From Octopus bimaculoides (taxonomy: Eukaryota), in contig NC_068993.1 in NCBI RefSeq assembly GCF_001194135.2, positions 37,858,018 to 37,890,042 on the forward strand: DNA of 32,025 bases, written 5' to 3'. How positions within the stretch are numbered: the stretch's first letter is position 1; every line of letters begins with the position of its first letter. The translations under genes and the position numbers were made by a program. Positions 13,024-24,773 of this stretch are shown here, one piece after another. A model generated the notes under the pieces. That model was given only the letters and a program-made list of their open reading frames with translations. It was not told the DNA's origin and made no database searches.

Positions 13024-14104
13024 ATCTTTGTATCTCGGATATATACAATTCCATACAAACGCAGGATGACAGTCTTCGTGAGAGTGAATTGTTTCTTTCT
13101 CTCTTCATATATATATATATATATAATTACGCACACGACGTGCATTCATTTAATTTATACATATGCACGTTACGCACATTTATAGACACAGAAGAATAGC
13201 AGTACCATACGCAAATAGACGTGTGTGTGTGTTGTGTGTGCCTGTATACGCATATACGTAAATGTATACATACATACATACATACATACAGATAGATTGA
13301 TAGATAGAAAGATACATGTATATAATTATACTGATATGTATAATTATGTAGATATAATTATAAATACATGTATATATGTAAATTGTATGTATGTATGTAT
13401 GTATGTATGTAGCAATGTTGTTGCAATGAGAAATTATGTAAACCATGCCGCCACCACCACCACCACCACCACCACCACCGCCACCACAACCACAACCCTA
13501 AAACAAACAACAAACAGCAAAAAGGAAAACAAAAAAGTAATAATAAAAAATAAAAGACAAACTCCGAAAATAAACAAACCCAACGAACAAACACAAACAA
13601 AAATCCAATAATAATNNNNNNNNNNNNNNNNNNNNNNNNNNNNNNNNNNNNNNNNNNNNNNNNNNNNNNNNNNNNNNNNNNNNNNNNNNNNNNNNNNNNN
13701 NNNNNNNNNNNNNNNNNNNNNNNNNNNNNNNNNNNNNNNNNNNNNNNNNNNNNNNNNNNNNNNNNNNNNNNNNNNNNNNNNNNNNNNNNNNNNNNNNNNN
13801 NNNNNNNNNNNNNNNNNNNNNNNNNNNNNNNNNNNNNNNNNNNNNNNNNNNNNNNNNNNNNNNNNNNNNNNNNNNNNNNNNNNNNNNNNNNNNNNNNNNN
13901 NNNNNNNNNNNNNNNNNNNNNNNNNNNNNNNNNNNNNNNNNNNNNNNNNNNNNNNNNNNNNNNNNNNNNNNNNNNNNNNNNNNNNNNNNNNNNNNNNNNN
14001 NNNTATATATATATATATATATATATGGGTGTACGTATGTGTGCTTCCAGCTCTCCAGAAAGTCATGCGTGGCATTTTTTGGCTTGCTTTACACATATAC
14101 ACAT

Positions 14105-14135
<31 letters not shown>

Positions 14136-14564
14136 CAAATACACATATATACACATACATACGTGCATACACCTACGAACAGACGCACACAGACACAAAC
14201 ACGCACACACACACACATACACCTGTACACACGTACACACACACACTCGCCATCTGCTGAAGTTTGTCTTTGTTTGTGTAACCATCCTTGAGATAATATG
14301 CAAAAATTCCTTCGGGGAGGAGCAGGGCTAAAAACCAACAACAATAACAAAGAGAAGATAAAGAATAAAAGAAAAGATGATGGCTTATTTTAAAAGTTGT
14401 TTTTGTTGTTGTTGTTGTTGTTGTTGATGTTGTCAGTGGTAGTGATGGTGCTGATAGTGATGTCGGGTGTATATGAGAGTATAGAGGGTGTTGCGGGTGG
14501 AATCCGTGGCCATGAGGTGCAGACGTAGATATATAAGGTAACGGAATGACTAATCGAAATCTTG

Positions 14565-14615
14565 AAGATAGATAGATAGATAGATAGAGAGAGAGACAAA
14601 TGGATAGATGGATAG

Positions 14616-14687
<72 letters not shown>

Positions 14688-14870
14688 AGAGAAAGAGAGA
14701 AGCAGGCAGATAGACACACGGACAAAGTGGCAGAGTATATAGACAGAGGGATAAACAGAGAGGTGGATAGATAAATAGACAAATAGGCAGACAAAATCAT
14801 AGATATGCAGATAGATAGACAGATCGATAAATATAGGTAGACTGACAGATTGACAGATAGATATAAAAGT
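14565..14870. repeat. (AG)n and degenerate (AGAT/AGAC)n tract
   Basis: Directly visible. Confidence 0.9.
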
Positions 14871-15525
14871 AAATAAAGACACTTTCCAATCAGTTTTATA
14901 TCCACTTTTTAAATCGCTTTCTCCTCCGTTCACTGTACATCCGACTGGTTAGAAATAGCAGCGAAATCTCTCATAGATCAGAAATCTTGCCGTCTTTTTA
15001 TTGTGATTTAGTCAGAGATGGAAAGCCAGCATCCCTGATCTCTACAGGGAAAACCTCCGAGAGCGGTGGTAGGGGCAGGCGGGCGGTACAGCCAAATCAA
15101 TATATTGTATTATCTTCCGAGTGGAGAAGTTACACAAATGCTTGAAACACAGCAGAGCCTATCAAAGGTACCCACAGGGCAGGTGGTTGGTTGGAGTTGA
15201 GTCAAGAGATGGTTTTAGTCTTGGAGGGACACATAAGTTAATGTAGTCCTTGATAAACTATGTTTGGATAAAAGATGGACTTATGAAGTGTAGAAAGAAC
15301 ACTTTTGAATCGTTATGGCTCTATTTGATCAGGTTTGACCTGTGGTTAAACAACAACTAAAAACAACACCAAAGAGAAAGAGAGAGAGGGGGGGATAGAG
15401 AAGAAAAGAGAAAAGGGCAGAAATAGAGAGAGAGGAAGAGACAGACTGACACACAGACAGAGAGAAAAAAGAGATTAAATAAGAAGATATTGGTAAAAAT
15501 TCTTTAAATTCTCACTTCATTTAAG

Positions 15526-15578
<53 letters not shown>

Positions 15579-16632
15579 TACGAATATAATAATTATGTAA
15601 ATATTTGAAGTCGATGAACATGAAAGCAAAAAGAAAATAATAATAGTAAAGGAGGAAAAAAAATGGAAAAACGCCGACATTTTGGAATTTGTCCAGCAGA
15701 TGTCACTATAATCAATCAGCTAAATATCAGAGCCAATAGTTTAGATTTATTTATTTATTTATTTATTTAGCCGTTAACGACCTTTGGTAGAAAGAGTTAA
15801 CCACGTGACTAGAAAATATGGATTCTTCAACTGGAANNNNNNNNNNNNNNNNNNNNNNNNNNNNNNNNNNNNNNNNNNNNNNNNNNNNNNNNNNNNNNNN
15901 NNNNNNNNNNNNNNNNNNNNNNNNNNNNNNNNNNNNNNNNNNNNNNNNNNNNNNNNNNNNNNNNNNNNNNNNNNNNNNNNNNNNNNNNNNNNNNNNNNNN
16001 NNNNNNNNNNNNNNNNNNNNNNNNNNNNNNNNNNNNNNNNNNNNNNNNNNNNNNNNNNNNNNNNNNNNNNNNNNNNNNNNNNNNNNNNNNNNNNNNNNNN
16101 NNNNNNNNNNNNNNNNNNNNNNNNNNNNNNNNNNNNNNNNNNNNNNNNNNNNNNNNNNNNNNNNNNNNNNNNNNNNNNNNNNNNNNNNNNNNNNNNNNNN
16201 NNNNNNNNNNNNNNNNNNNNNNNNNNNNNNNNNNNNNNNNNNNNNNNNNNNNNNNNNNNNNNNNNNNNNNNNNNNNNNNNNNNNNNNNNNNNNNNNNNNN
16301 NNNNNNNNNNNNNNNNNNNNNNNNNNNNNNNNNNNNNNNNNNNNNNNNNNNNNNNNNNNNNGTAATCAAGAGCTCTTAACTAATAGGTATAGAACTTTAG
16401 CAACAGATTAAGTCTACTATCCTATAACTTATATAGACCAACAGAAGGGATTCCGTGGCAGCATTCACAAAGATTATTTCAAGGATATCAAACACTGTCC
16501 GCGCCAATATCCAGTTCGACCCTGCCTCGGCTCAATTTGATATTCAATAAAATACATGACGCTAGCATGGTTCATTATCGGGGCCCGAACGGATTGGAAC
16601 GAAACAGATGATATAGAAAGGTTTACCATCTA

Positions 16633-16850
16633 CGAGGGCGGGGCTGAAAAGTTCCTGGCTTTGAGGGTGTCGCGAAAGGCCTGGCTGGAGGCCCAACCTT
16701 CTGAGTTCTTTTACAGGACTTAGAAAAACTGAAGAATCGCAGCAATAAATGTGTGAATCTGAGAGGAGAATATGTTAAATAAAATCATAATTAACTGATC
16801 TTCCTGTACTTTCTTTTACCCAAAGCCAGGGATTTTCCAATATCCCTTCG
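16633..16850 (+). mobile_element. Internally deleted Tc1/mariner element
   Basis: TA precedes the left terminal inverted repeat (TIR) CGAGGGCGGGGCTGAAAAGTTCCTGGCTTTG. The right TIR is CAAAGCCAGGGATTTTCCAATATCCCTTCG, followed by CA. 16679-16782 encodes AWLEAQPSEFF/(frameshift)QDLEKLKNRSNKCVNLRGEYVK*, the typical mariner transposase C-terminus. Confidence 0.85.
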
Positions 16851-17259
16851 CAAAACAGTGCAAGTTTCCTATCAAGTATTGGTCTTCTCAAGGAGTGTAC
16901 GCATTTATTTGGGCTTCGATCTATACGTGGCAATGAGAAAAAGACACTTCCTCCCAGTACCACGCGGATGATCGAACTCGGAACTGCGTGACTGCGAAGT
17001 GAATTTTTATTTTTTAATCACACAACTAATTCTATCTACCACTTACAAAAGTACATGTCCTGATCTGTTTAATCTGAGAAATCATCATCATCATCATCAT
17101 CATCATGAACAAGACAGAGAAGATGCTCATCTTCATTACCATCAGCCTGGTTGTCACTACGAACGATTGATGCGCGACCTGCTAAAAGTAGCAACAACAT
17201 CTCACTCAAATTTTTCCCATCTTTCTAACATCCGCCCCACTGAAAAAAAAACAACAAAA

Positions 17260-17292
<33 letters not shown>

Positions 17293-17355
17293 AACCGAAG
17301 ACGCATAATAGATAATATAAGTCGTAGATATAATAAAATGAGCTTTAAAAAAAAA

Positions 17356-17437
17356 TCCCACGGTAAAGTCATGGCTGGAATGCCTTTGATCATTATAGGT
17401 CTTCTCGCTGAGAGTTGACTTGCGGATAAAGCAACAA
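17356..17437 (-). mobile_element. Fragment of an old dispersed repeat family
   Basis: GTCATGGCTGGAATGCCTTTGATC is the reverse complement of a motif seen degenerately at ~27660-27700. Related fragments occur at ~14945-15000, ~15300-15360, ~17165-17210 and ~21065-21120. Confidence 0.45.
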
Positions 17438-17454
17438 CGACAGTAACTGTTGCC

Positions 17455-17577
17455 GTTACTACTACTACTACTACTACTGCTGCTAGCATACCACCACCAA
17501 CAATACTAAAGGCCCAAAACCACAATTAATATCACCATCACCATCACTTCTACCCCCGCAATAACCACCACCAACAT

Positions 17578-17614
<37 letters not shown>

Positions 17615-18410
17615 GGTTCTATTATTTCTGTTTGGTTCCTTATATTTTCTCCCTTTATTGTCGAAGGACTAAAGAGGGGCAAGAGGGGTGGGACAGGGAG
17701 TGCGGTCGGGGTAGACTAGCAGGTATTTTATTTTCTACCCGTTTCTATTCAATACCAGTTCATTGTTACGTAATTTCATTGGCTCGGTTACCACTACCAT
17801 CACCACCACCACCACGACTGTTATCATCATCATCATCATCATTCTCATCATCACCACCACCATTCATTATCGCTGCCAACACCCCGCCCCACTACCATTA
17901 TCCTCACAGCCACTTCAGCCACCCTGCTACCATCCGCCTTTTCTTAGTCACCATCATCACCATTATCCGTGATTACCACTGCCAATACAACACAGCAGCC
18001 TCATTATCCTCTCCATCACTTCAAACACTCTGACACTATTGTCATCATCATCATCATCATTACTATATTCTCACTACCACCACTGCTGCTGCCACTACTA
18101 CTACTACTACTACTGCTGCTACTACTACCGCTGCTGCTGTTGCTGCCACCACCACCACCACCACCACCACTACATGCATTACTATAATCATCATCAACCA
18201 GACTACCGTGGTGATGATGATGTCGTCGACGACAACGACGATGATGATGATGACGACGACGACGATCGCTCCCGTTGCCATCATCGCCTCCGCTACCCAC
18301 CCCACCCCCTCACTTTGTTCCTATTTATGAAGGCTCAATACAATGAATGGATCTTGTCAAGCTCACCAACCAACCAACCAACCAACCAACCCACCCACCC
18401 AACCAGCTAC
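17455..18410. repeat. Mosaic imperfect trinucleotide repeat region (CAC/CAT/TAC/TGC/GAT) plus (CAAC)n
   Basis: Directly visible; it is the source of several low-complexity ORFs. Confidence 0.9.
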
Positions 18411-19187
18411 NNNNNNNNNNNNNNNNNNNNNNNNNNNNNNNNNNNNNNNNNNNNNNNNNNNNNNNNNNNNNNNNNNNNNNNNNNNNNNNNNNNNNNNNNN
18501 NNNNNNNNNNNNNNNNNNNNNNNNNNNNNNNNNNNNNNNNNNNNNNNNNNNNNNNNNNNNNNNNNNNNNNNNNNNNNNNNNNNNNNNNNNNNNNNNNNNN
18601 NNNNNNNNNNNNNNNNNNNNNNNNNNNNNNNNNNNNNNNNNNNNNNNNNNNNNNNNNNNNNNNNNNNNNNNNNNNNNNNNNNNNNNNNNNNNNNNNNNNN
18701 NNNNNNNNNNNNNNNNNNNNNNNNNNNNNNNNNNNNNNNNNNNNNNNNNNNNNNNNNNNNNNNNNNNNNNNNNNNNNNNNNNNNNNNNNNNNNNNNNNNN
18801 NNNNNNNNNNNNNNNNNNNNNNNNNNNNNNNNNNNNNNNNNNNNNNNNNNNNNNNNNNNNNNNNNNNNNNNNNNNNNNNNNNNNNNNNNNNNNNNNNNNN
18901 NNNNNNNNNNNNNNNNNNNNNNNNNNNNNNNNNNNNNNNNNNNNNNNNNNNNNNNNNNNNNNNNNNNNNNNNNNNNNNNNNNNNNNNNNNNNNNNNNNNN
19001 NNNNNNNNNNNNNNNNNNNNNNNNNNNNNNNNNNNNNNNNNNNNNNNNNNNNNNNNNNNNNNNNNNNNNNNNNNNNNNNNNNNNNNNNNNNNNNNNNNNN
19101 NNNNNNNNNNNNNNNNNNNNNNNNNNNNNNNNNNNNNNNNNNNNNNNNNNNNNNNNNNNNNNNNNNNNNNNNNNNNNNNNNNNNNNN

Positions 19188-19268
<81 letters not shown>

Positions 19269-19543
19269 CGCGCGCGCGCGGTGTTACTGTCTCCCTCTTA
19301 TGACATCGCGTGCTAGCTGTAAATGAGCGTCACCGCCATGCAAGGGATGTCTTCGCTTCAAATCTTGCGTGGGAGAACATAGCTAGAAACAACCGAGGTT
19401 TGGCGACAGGAAGAGCATCTGGCTGTAGAAAACTCTGCCTCGCCAAATTCCGTCCAATCAATGCGAGCAAAACGATGGTGAAGTAACAGAAGGGAGGAAG
19501 AAAAAGAAAAATGGAGGATAAAAAAAGGTACGGGAATTCTTAC

Positions 19544-20098
19544 CCTGATATTTTCGCCTTGTTTTTTCAAGCTTTCGTTCACTTTCTGGAGTTGCGAAAT
19601 CATATCAACGATTTTCTTTGATTTATCTTGTATGGACCCTTTTCCTCGGAGTAAAGCACTGACATTTTCCAGCACTCCTCCTTCGTGGTCAGCGCTTCCG
19701 AGCGGACTTGTTCGCTCAATGTCAGAATTTTGAACTCCAGGAGATTTGGAGTTGAGTCTTTGCAATACGCTTTCCATGGATTTTCGATGCAGCCCAGCGT
19801 TGGGTTTTGTTGTGACGTTATGTTGAAGTTCAGTTTCGGGCTCGGATTCCGAGTCGTGTCTTATACTTTGAAGAATTCGTTGCTTCTTGTTTGGCGGCTT
19901 GTCCGAACCGCTGTCGGAATCATGAAAATCTTCACTACTATCAGATTTCGAGAGAAAACGTGCCGAATAGTTTATTTCAGTTTCGCCTTCGCTGTCTAAA
20001 TTGCTGTTATCACATTCGGATGTGTCAGAATGTAACCGCTCAAGTATTATGTTATCCTTATAGAGCTTGGTGGGTGTATTTTTGCGTTTAGAAGACAT
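19544..20098 (-). CDS. SoxD: SoxD-family (Sox5/Sox6-like) transcription factor, N-terminal coding exon (185 codons; exon 19544-20102). HMG box exons lie outside the window or in gaps.
   Basis: Acceptor ttttctgtttttgttttctttacAG|GATTATG, exon starts at 20102, A at -3 of the ATG. Donor ATCAGG|GTAAGA at 19544/19543, phase 0. MSSKRKNTPTKL resembles vertebrate Sox5 MSSKRPASP and EGL-13 MSRRRKANPTKL. RKSMESVLQRL resembles Sox5/6 RKGSLADVVDTL. SIQDKSKKIVDMISQLQKVNESL resembles the coiled-coil start [23 protein letters not shown]. Comparisons are from memory. Confidence 0.85.
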
Positions 20099-20456
20099 AA
20101 TCCTGTAAAGAAAACAAAAACAGAAAAATGAAATGGTTAATTTAACAAAACATTGAAATAATAACAAAAATATTATACATAAATTGTTGTTGTTGAACAA
20201 GCTGTATCACCCATTATATTTCGTTTGCTCAAAATCAGTGATATAGTGAATGCAGATATGCACGAATGAGCAATCGCTCAAGTAGGAAAAAACCGGTCCC
20301 TTGGAGAGAAACTTCCCAAATACTGACTGATCCATAACCTTCGGAGACACTCGGAGGTTCCGAATATTCAGCGCCAGATCGACCCTGATCAGATACGTAT
20401 GGTCTCAACCACCCTTTCTTATTTTCAGGTGTTCAGTATCTACCTAGGTCAGAAGC

Positions 20457-21031
20457 CAGGGTACTTTTTTTTTAGCCAATTACCCCAAAATATATTTATT
20501 TACGCTGACGTTACTCCCGTGATTTGGAAGGAAGAAACTCATAGATTCTTTGAATTCAAAGGGTTTATTGAATTTATTTCTATTGAGAATACAATTATAA
20601 ATACAAAAAGTATAAAACAAATGCAATAAAATAAATTAATATCCTCATTACGAAACAAAACGATTTTTCTAGAAACTTTTTCACTTCAGGTTTCGGAGAA
20701 ATGATATTGTTTCAGTTTTGTTACGATTACATCAAAATTGGGGTATTTGGATGCCAGAGCAATTTGGATACAGACTTCGGGGTCCAATTGATTACTCTGT
20801 TTTGTTTTTATGTTCATTAGAGTGCGAAAATCCTTGTTTACAAAGGTAGGGTGTTGCAAAAGGCAGCAACTTTTTGACCGCCTCCTCATGTCAGAAGAAA
20901 ACTTTCTGTCGCAATAAGGAACACGTTTTTTTTTATATTTAATTTTACTTACGTCTAATGAATCCTCATTACCCACAAGAATTTCATTTTTACCCCACTT
21001 CAGGTAATTTACTCCGGTTCACTGACCCCTG
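20457..21031 (-). mobile_element. Internally deleted hAT (Charlie/Buster-like) transposon with transposase C-terminal remnant
   Basis: 20890-20686 (-) reads HEEAVKKLLPFATPYLCKQGFS/(frameshift ~20823)TLMNIKTKQSNQLDPEVCIQIALASKYPNFDVIVTKLKQYHFSET*. This matches the hAT dimerisation-domain pattern LLPFATTYLCE.GFS.L..IKTK.RNRL. A TIR-like CAGGGGTCAGTGAACC starts at 21031 (-). The other end is degraded (20457 or 20426). Confidence 0.8.
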
Positions 21032-21598
21032 ATTTAAATCTGCAGTATTCAATATGTCTTCATTTGTTTTAAGACGTAACGATTTGAGGGAGGATTCGCT
21101 TCTATTTCCAGCGAGTTGAATGAGTACATAGAGACTGTTTAGCTAATTAGTTGCTGTCATTTATACCCAAGTTTGCTATGACTGAAAAACACCCCAAGAT
21201 CGAATATGCTCTGACCATAATCATCACATCCTGTTTTTCAGACATAGTGTCCTGAGCAAGACGTCAAATCGCATCAAGTGATAGAATCCCACTAAGGAGT
21301 TCAAGTCCGAGGTTCGCGTTGGAGTAAATATGGGTTAAATGATAGAAAATGGTCTCGCAGCTAAGGTATACAGGACTCAGAAGCGAATTGACACTTAATG
21401 TTATGTGAGTCAGTCCCTTTGCCTGATGGTCAAATGGGTCTTTTGTCTTAAGGGTTGGCTGCAGAACCAACTGTAAATAAAACGACAGAAGACAGCAGGA
21501 AACCACTACAGTAACTTTTCCATGAAAAATCATGAATCTTCAGATTTTGGCACGTTGAGGCCATGATTACCAACGCTTGTAAAACAGATATGGCACAT

Positions 21599-21641
<43 letters not shown>

Positions 21642-22315
21642 GAGTGTGTGTGTGTGTGTGTTGTGTGAGTGTGTATGTATTCAGGACTACATTAGCCTAT
21701 TCAAAGTGTCCTTGCTCAAATGATATGATCTGAGGGTTTTTTTTGTTGTTTTTATTTCTAGCATGTTGGACAACCACTTAGAGCCTCTCATCTACTTGGT
21801 GGTTCGTACATAGATAATCAAAGTGAATAACAGTTATAATTTTATATTATTTTATTATTATTATATTATATCATTATTACATTATTATTATTATATTATA
21901 ATAATAATTATTATTATAATAATAATTTTAACGATTTCGTCATTAGTCGTAATGTTAATCGTAAACATTAAGGTGGCAGGCAGTATAGGTGATAGCCTGG
22001 ACCACAGCATATCACTAGTACATATTGCATAACGAGAGAAAGTTACAAGTGAAATTGGCTGAGATTTGAATCTCGAGTATTGAAGAACTAAATTGAATGA
22101 TTTTTCAACAACAACAACAGCAACAACTTTAATAGTCGTTTGATCAGATGTTTAGTTTTAGATAAGTAGAGCTAAGTGGCGAAAAGACAGAAAGAAAGGA
22201 AGAACGAACAAACAGACCAACTCAACAATAATTCAAAGTGGTGTCTGCTAATTGCCAACTTTATGTTTAGAGAGTTTATTTAAAGGCTGTGCGGTCATTG
22301 AGTCAAATGTATTTT

Positions 22316-22732
22316 CTTTTCTAGTCTAGGCACAAGACTCGAAATTTTGGGGGAAGGGGCCAGTCGATTAGATCGACCCCAGTACGCATCTGGTACTTAA
22401 TTTATCGACCCCGAAAGGATGAAAGGCAAAGTGGACCTCCGTGGAATTTGAACTCAGCACGTAAAGACAGACGAAATACCGCTAAGCATTTCGCCCGGCG
22501 TGCTAACATTTCTTATTTCTTTATTGCCCAGAAGGGGCTAAACATAGAGTGGACAAACAAGGACAGACAAAGGGATTAAGTTGATTACATCGACCCCAGT
22601 GCGTAATTGGTACTTAATTTATCGACCCCGAAAGGATAAAAAGCAAAGTCGACCTCGGCGGAATTTTAACTCAGAACGTAAAGACAAACGAAATACCGCC
22701 AAGCATTTTGCCTGGCGTGCTAATGATTCTGC
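22316..22732 (-). mobile_element. Complete dimeric tRNA-derived SINE
   Basis: Two head-to-tail monomers with different tails, junction at ~22508 (TGCTAAC|ATTTCTTATTTC). The upstream monomer retains A-box-like GCAGAATCATTAG at 22732 (-). Confidence 0.85.
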
Positions 22733-22757
22733 TTTAATAATAACTATAATAATGATG

Positions 22758-22800
<43 letters not shown>

Positions 22801-22807
22801 TGGTTTG

Positions 22808-22910
22808 AAATTTGCCACAAGGCTAGTAATTTTATCGACCCCGAAAAGATAAAAGGCAAACTAGACCGCGTTGGTATTTGAACTCAGAACGTTATGCTAA
22901 GCATTTCGCT
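22808..22910 (-). mobile_element. Partial SINE monomer
   Basis: TTTATCGACCCCGAAAAGATAAAAGGCAAA...TTTGAACTCAGAACG, same family as the adjacent dimer. Confidence 0.75.
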
Positions 22911-23785
22911 CAATAATAATATTTGCCGCCGCCGTCGTCGTCGTCGTTATTACAATATGATAATGTTAATGTTAATAGTTCGGTATGCACCAGGATTAAC
23001 TAAATTCGCGTAGTTTATGGCTAGGAACTGAAATGCTTGGCATCACAGACTGAAGACAATCAACCGTGTCTTATTGCTTTTGTCAATGAGATGAAGTTAA
23101 AAAAGCAAACAAAGCAGAAATGGATAGCACCAATGAAATAACTTTAAAACACACACACACACACACACACGGGCGCGTACACATTCACATATACATACAG
23201 GCACACAAACACATCTGAATCGCTATACGTTGTACAAATATATACATGAAGGAAAGAAGATGGGTTGGCGGAAAAAAAAAATTTGAAAAAAAACCCCAAA
23301 TAATATTTTATATTAAGAGGAAAGAAAAGGTAGGAGAAAAAAAATGGTAAGTCTGATACAGAAGTCAATCATGAGAACACAGACATAAGTGAGTGGTAAA
23401 TAGAGAATGAGATTGGGTAGATTTACCCGGTAGTGAACCTCAGAATAGTACGTTGAAATAGATACACATATTAATTGTATGATCATCAGGATCGGTCCCA
23501 CCCCGGAGGGTTGTTACGATCGAGGCACGGTGCCTGCTTTTGAGATTAACTTCCAGTGGTGACGTCTCAGAAGACCAGACAATAGTACCATTCCAACTAT
23601 CTGTCACGGTAGCTTACTACGCTAATATACGATATGCAAAATTAACGTTGTGGCGTTGCTTCATCTCCACTGATTCTTAAATATTGCAGCATAACAATAC
23701 AGAAAATAGTTTGCAATTACTGCCCCTCCCTACCCTCTGCTCTTACTGCCACCTCTATATGACGAAAGTAAAAAGTAATAGGAGC

Positions 23786-23953
23786 CAGGGTGGTCTTAAA
23801 GCGGTATAGGCCCTGGGAAAATTTATGTACTGGACCCTTTAGTGTATATTTATTGACTGCAAAGCCACAGCATACATACGGCAGAATTGAATCCCTAGAC
23901 TTGTGAGGGCCTCGGACAACTGCCCGCTGTGTCCATGCCTTAAGCGGGAGCTG
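23786..23953. mobile_element. hAT-type MITE (168 bp)
   Basis: Ends are CAGGGTGGTCTTAA and TTAAGCGGGAGCTG, with subterminal GGCCC/GGGCC motifs. The 8-bp flanks ATAGGAGC and AAAGGAGT match at 6 of 8 positions, consistent with a hAT TSD. Confidence 0.75.
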
Positions 23954-24737
23954 AAAGGAGTAGAGGTGATGCAAAAACAAGTAATGGTTTTAAAAGAAGC
24001 GTAGATGCGCAAACGTGTTTGTACACATGTAAATGTGAGCATGTGTGCGTATGTTTCTGTTTGGGGTATATGCGATTATTAGATACACACAAGTTTCATA
24101 AGACTCGTTTTAAATCATCTCAACAAGGCATTTATTCACCGAGAATGCTCTATACTTAGAAATAAGTCGGGCCTATGACCAATGTCTAAGTGAAATAAAT
24201 CAATAATAAATAAAAAGAAATGAATCTCGTATATGCCTATGCATTTACCTGACGATACGCGTATGTGAATGTGTGTATACGAATGTATGTATAGGAATTT
24301 ATATATATATATATATATATNNNNNNNNNNNNNNNNNNNNNNNNNNNNNNNNNNNNNNNNNNNNNNNNNNNNNNNNNNNNNNNNNNNNNNNNNNNNNNNN
24401 NNNNNNNNNNNNNNNNNNNNNNNNNNNNNNNNNNNNNNNNNNNNNNNNNNNNNNNNNNNNNNNNNNNNNNNNNNNNNNNNNNNNNNNNNNNNNNNNNNNN
24501 NNNNNNNNNNNNNNNNNNNNNNNNNNNNNTGTGTGTGTGTGTGTTATTGGGCTCATTATGCACGACTATTTGCATATTACAGCATTAACCAGTTGCTTTA
24601 AAGAATTTTCGAAACGGCTGTAAAAACTTATCTTGATCTTATGATATGAATATTGTGACATCTCCTATAAACAAACTACTGCAATCTCTAATTGTTTGTC
24701 TATCTTCTGTCTCTTCATATATATACACATGTATGTA

Positions 24738-24773
<36 letters not shown>

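Noticed and set aside
18039-19326. Long ORFs (425, 327 and 318 aa) and similar X-rich ORFs elsewhere
   Set aside because: They are mostly N-gap plus low-complexity repeat.
19685-20091. Plus-strand ORFs overlapping the SoxD exon
   Set aside because: They are antisense shadows of the real coding frame.
19358-20200. The full 280-aa ORF as a single-exon gene
   Set aside because: The first 34 codons cover the polypyrimidine tract and acceptor, and the last 61 follow a strong GTAAGA donor. Only 19544-20098 is SoxD-like.
22316-22910. Recurrent SINE segments as a CRISPR-like or tandem array
   Set aside because: They are head-to-tail SINE monomers in a eukaryotic genome, with no constant repeat-spacer periodicity.
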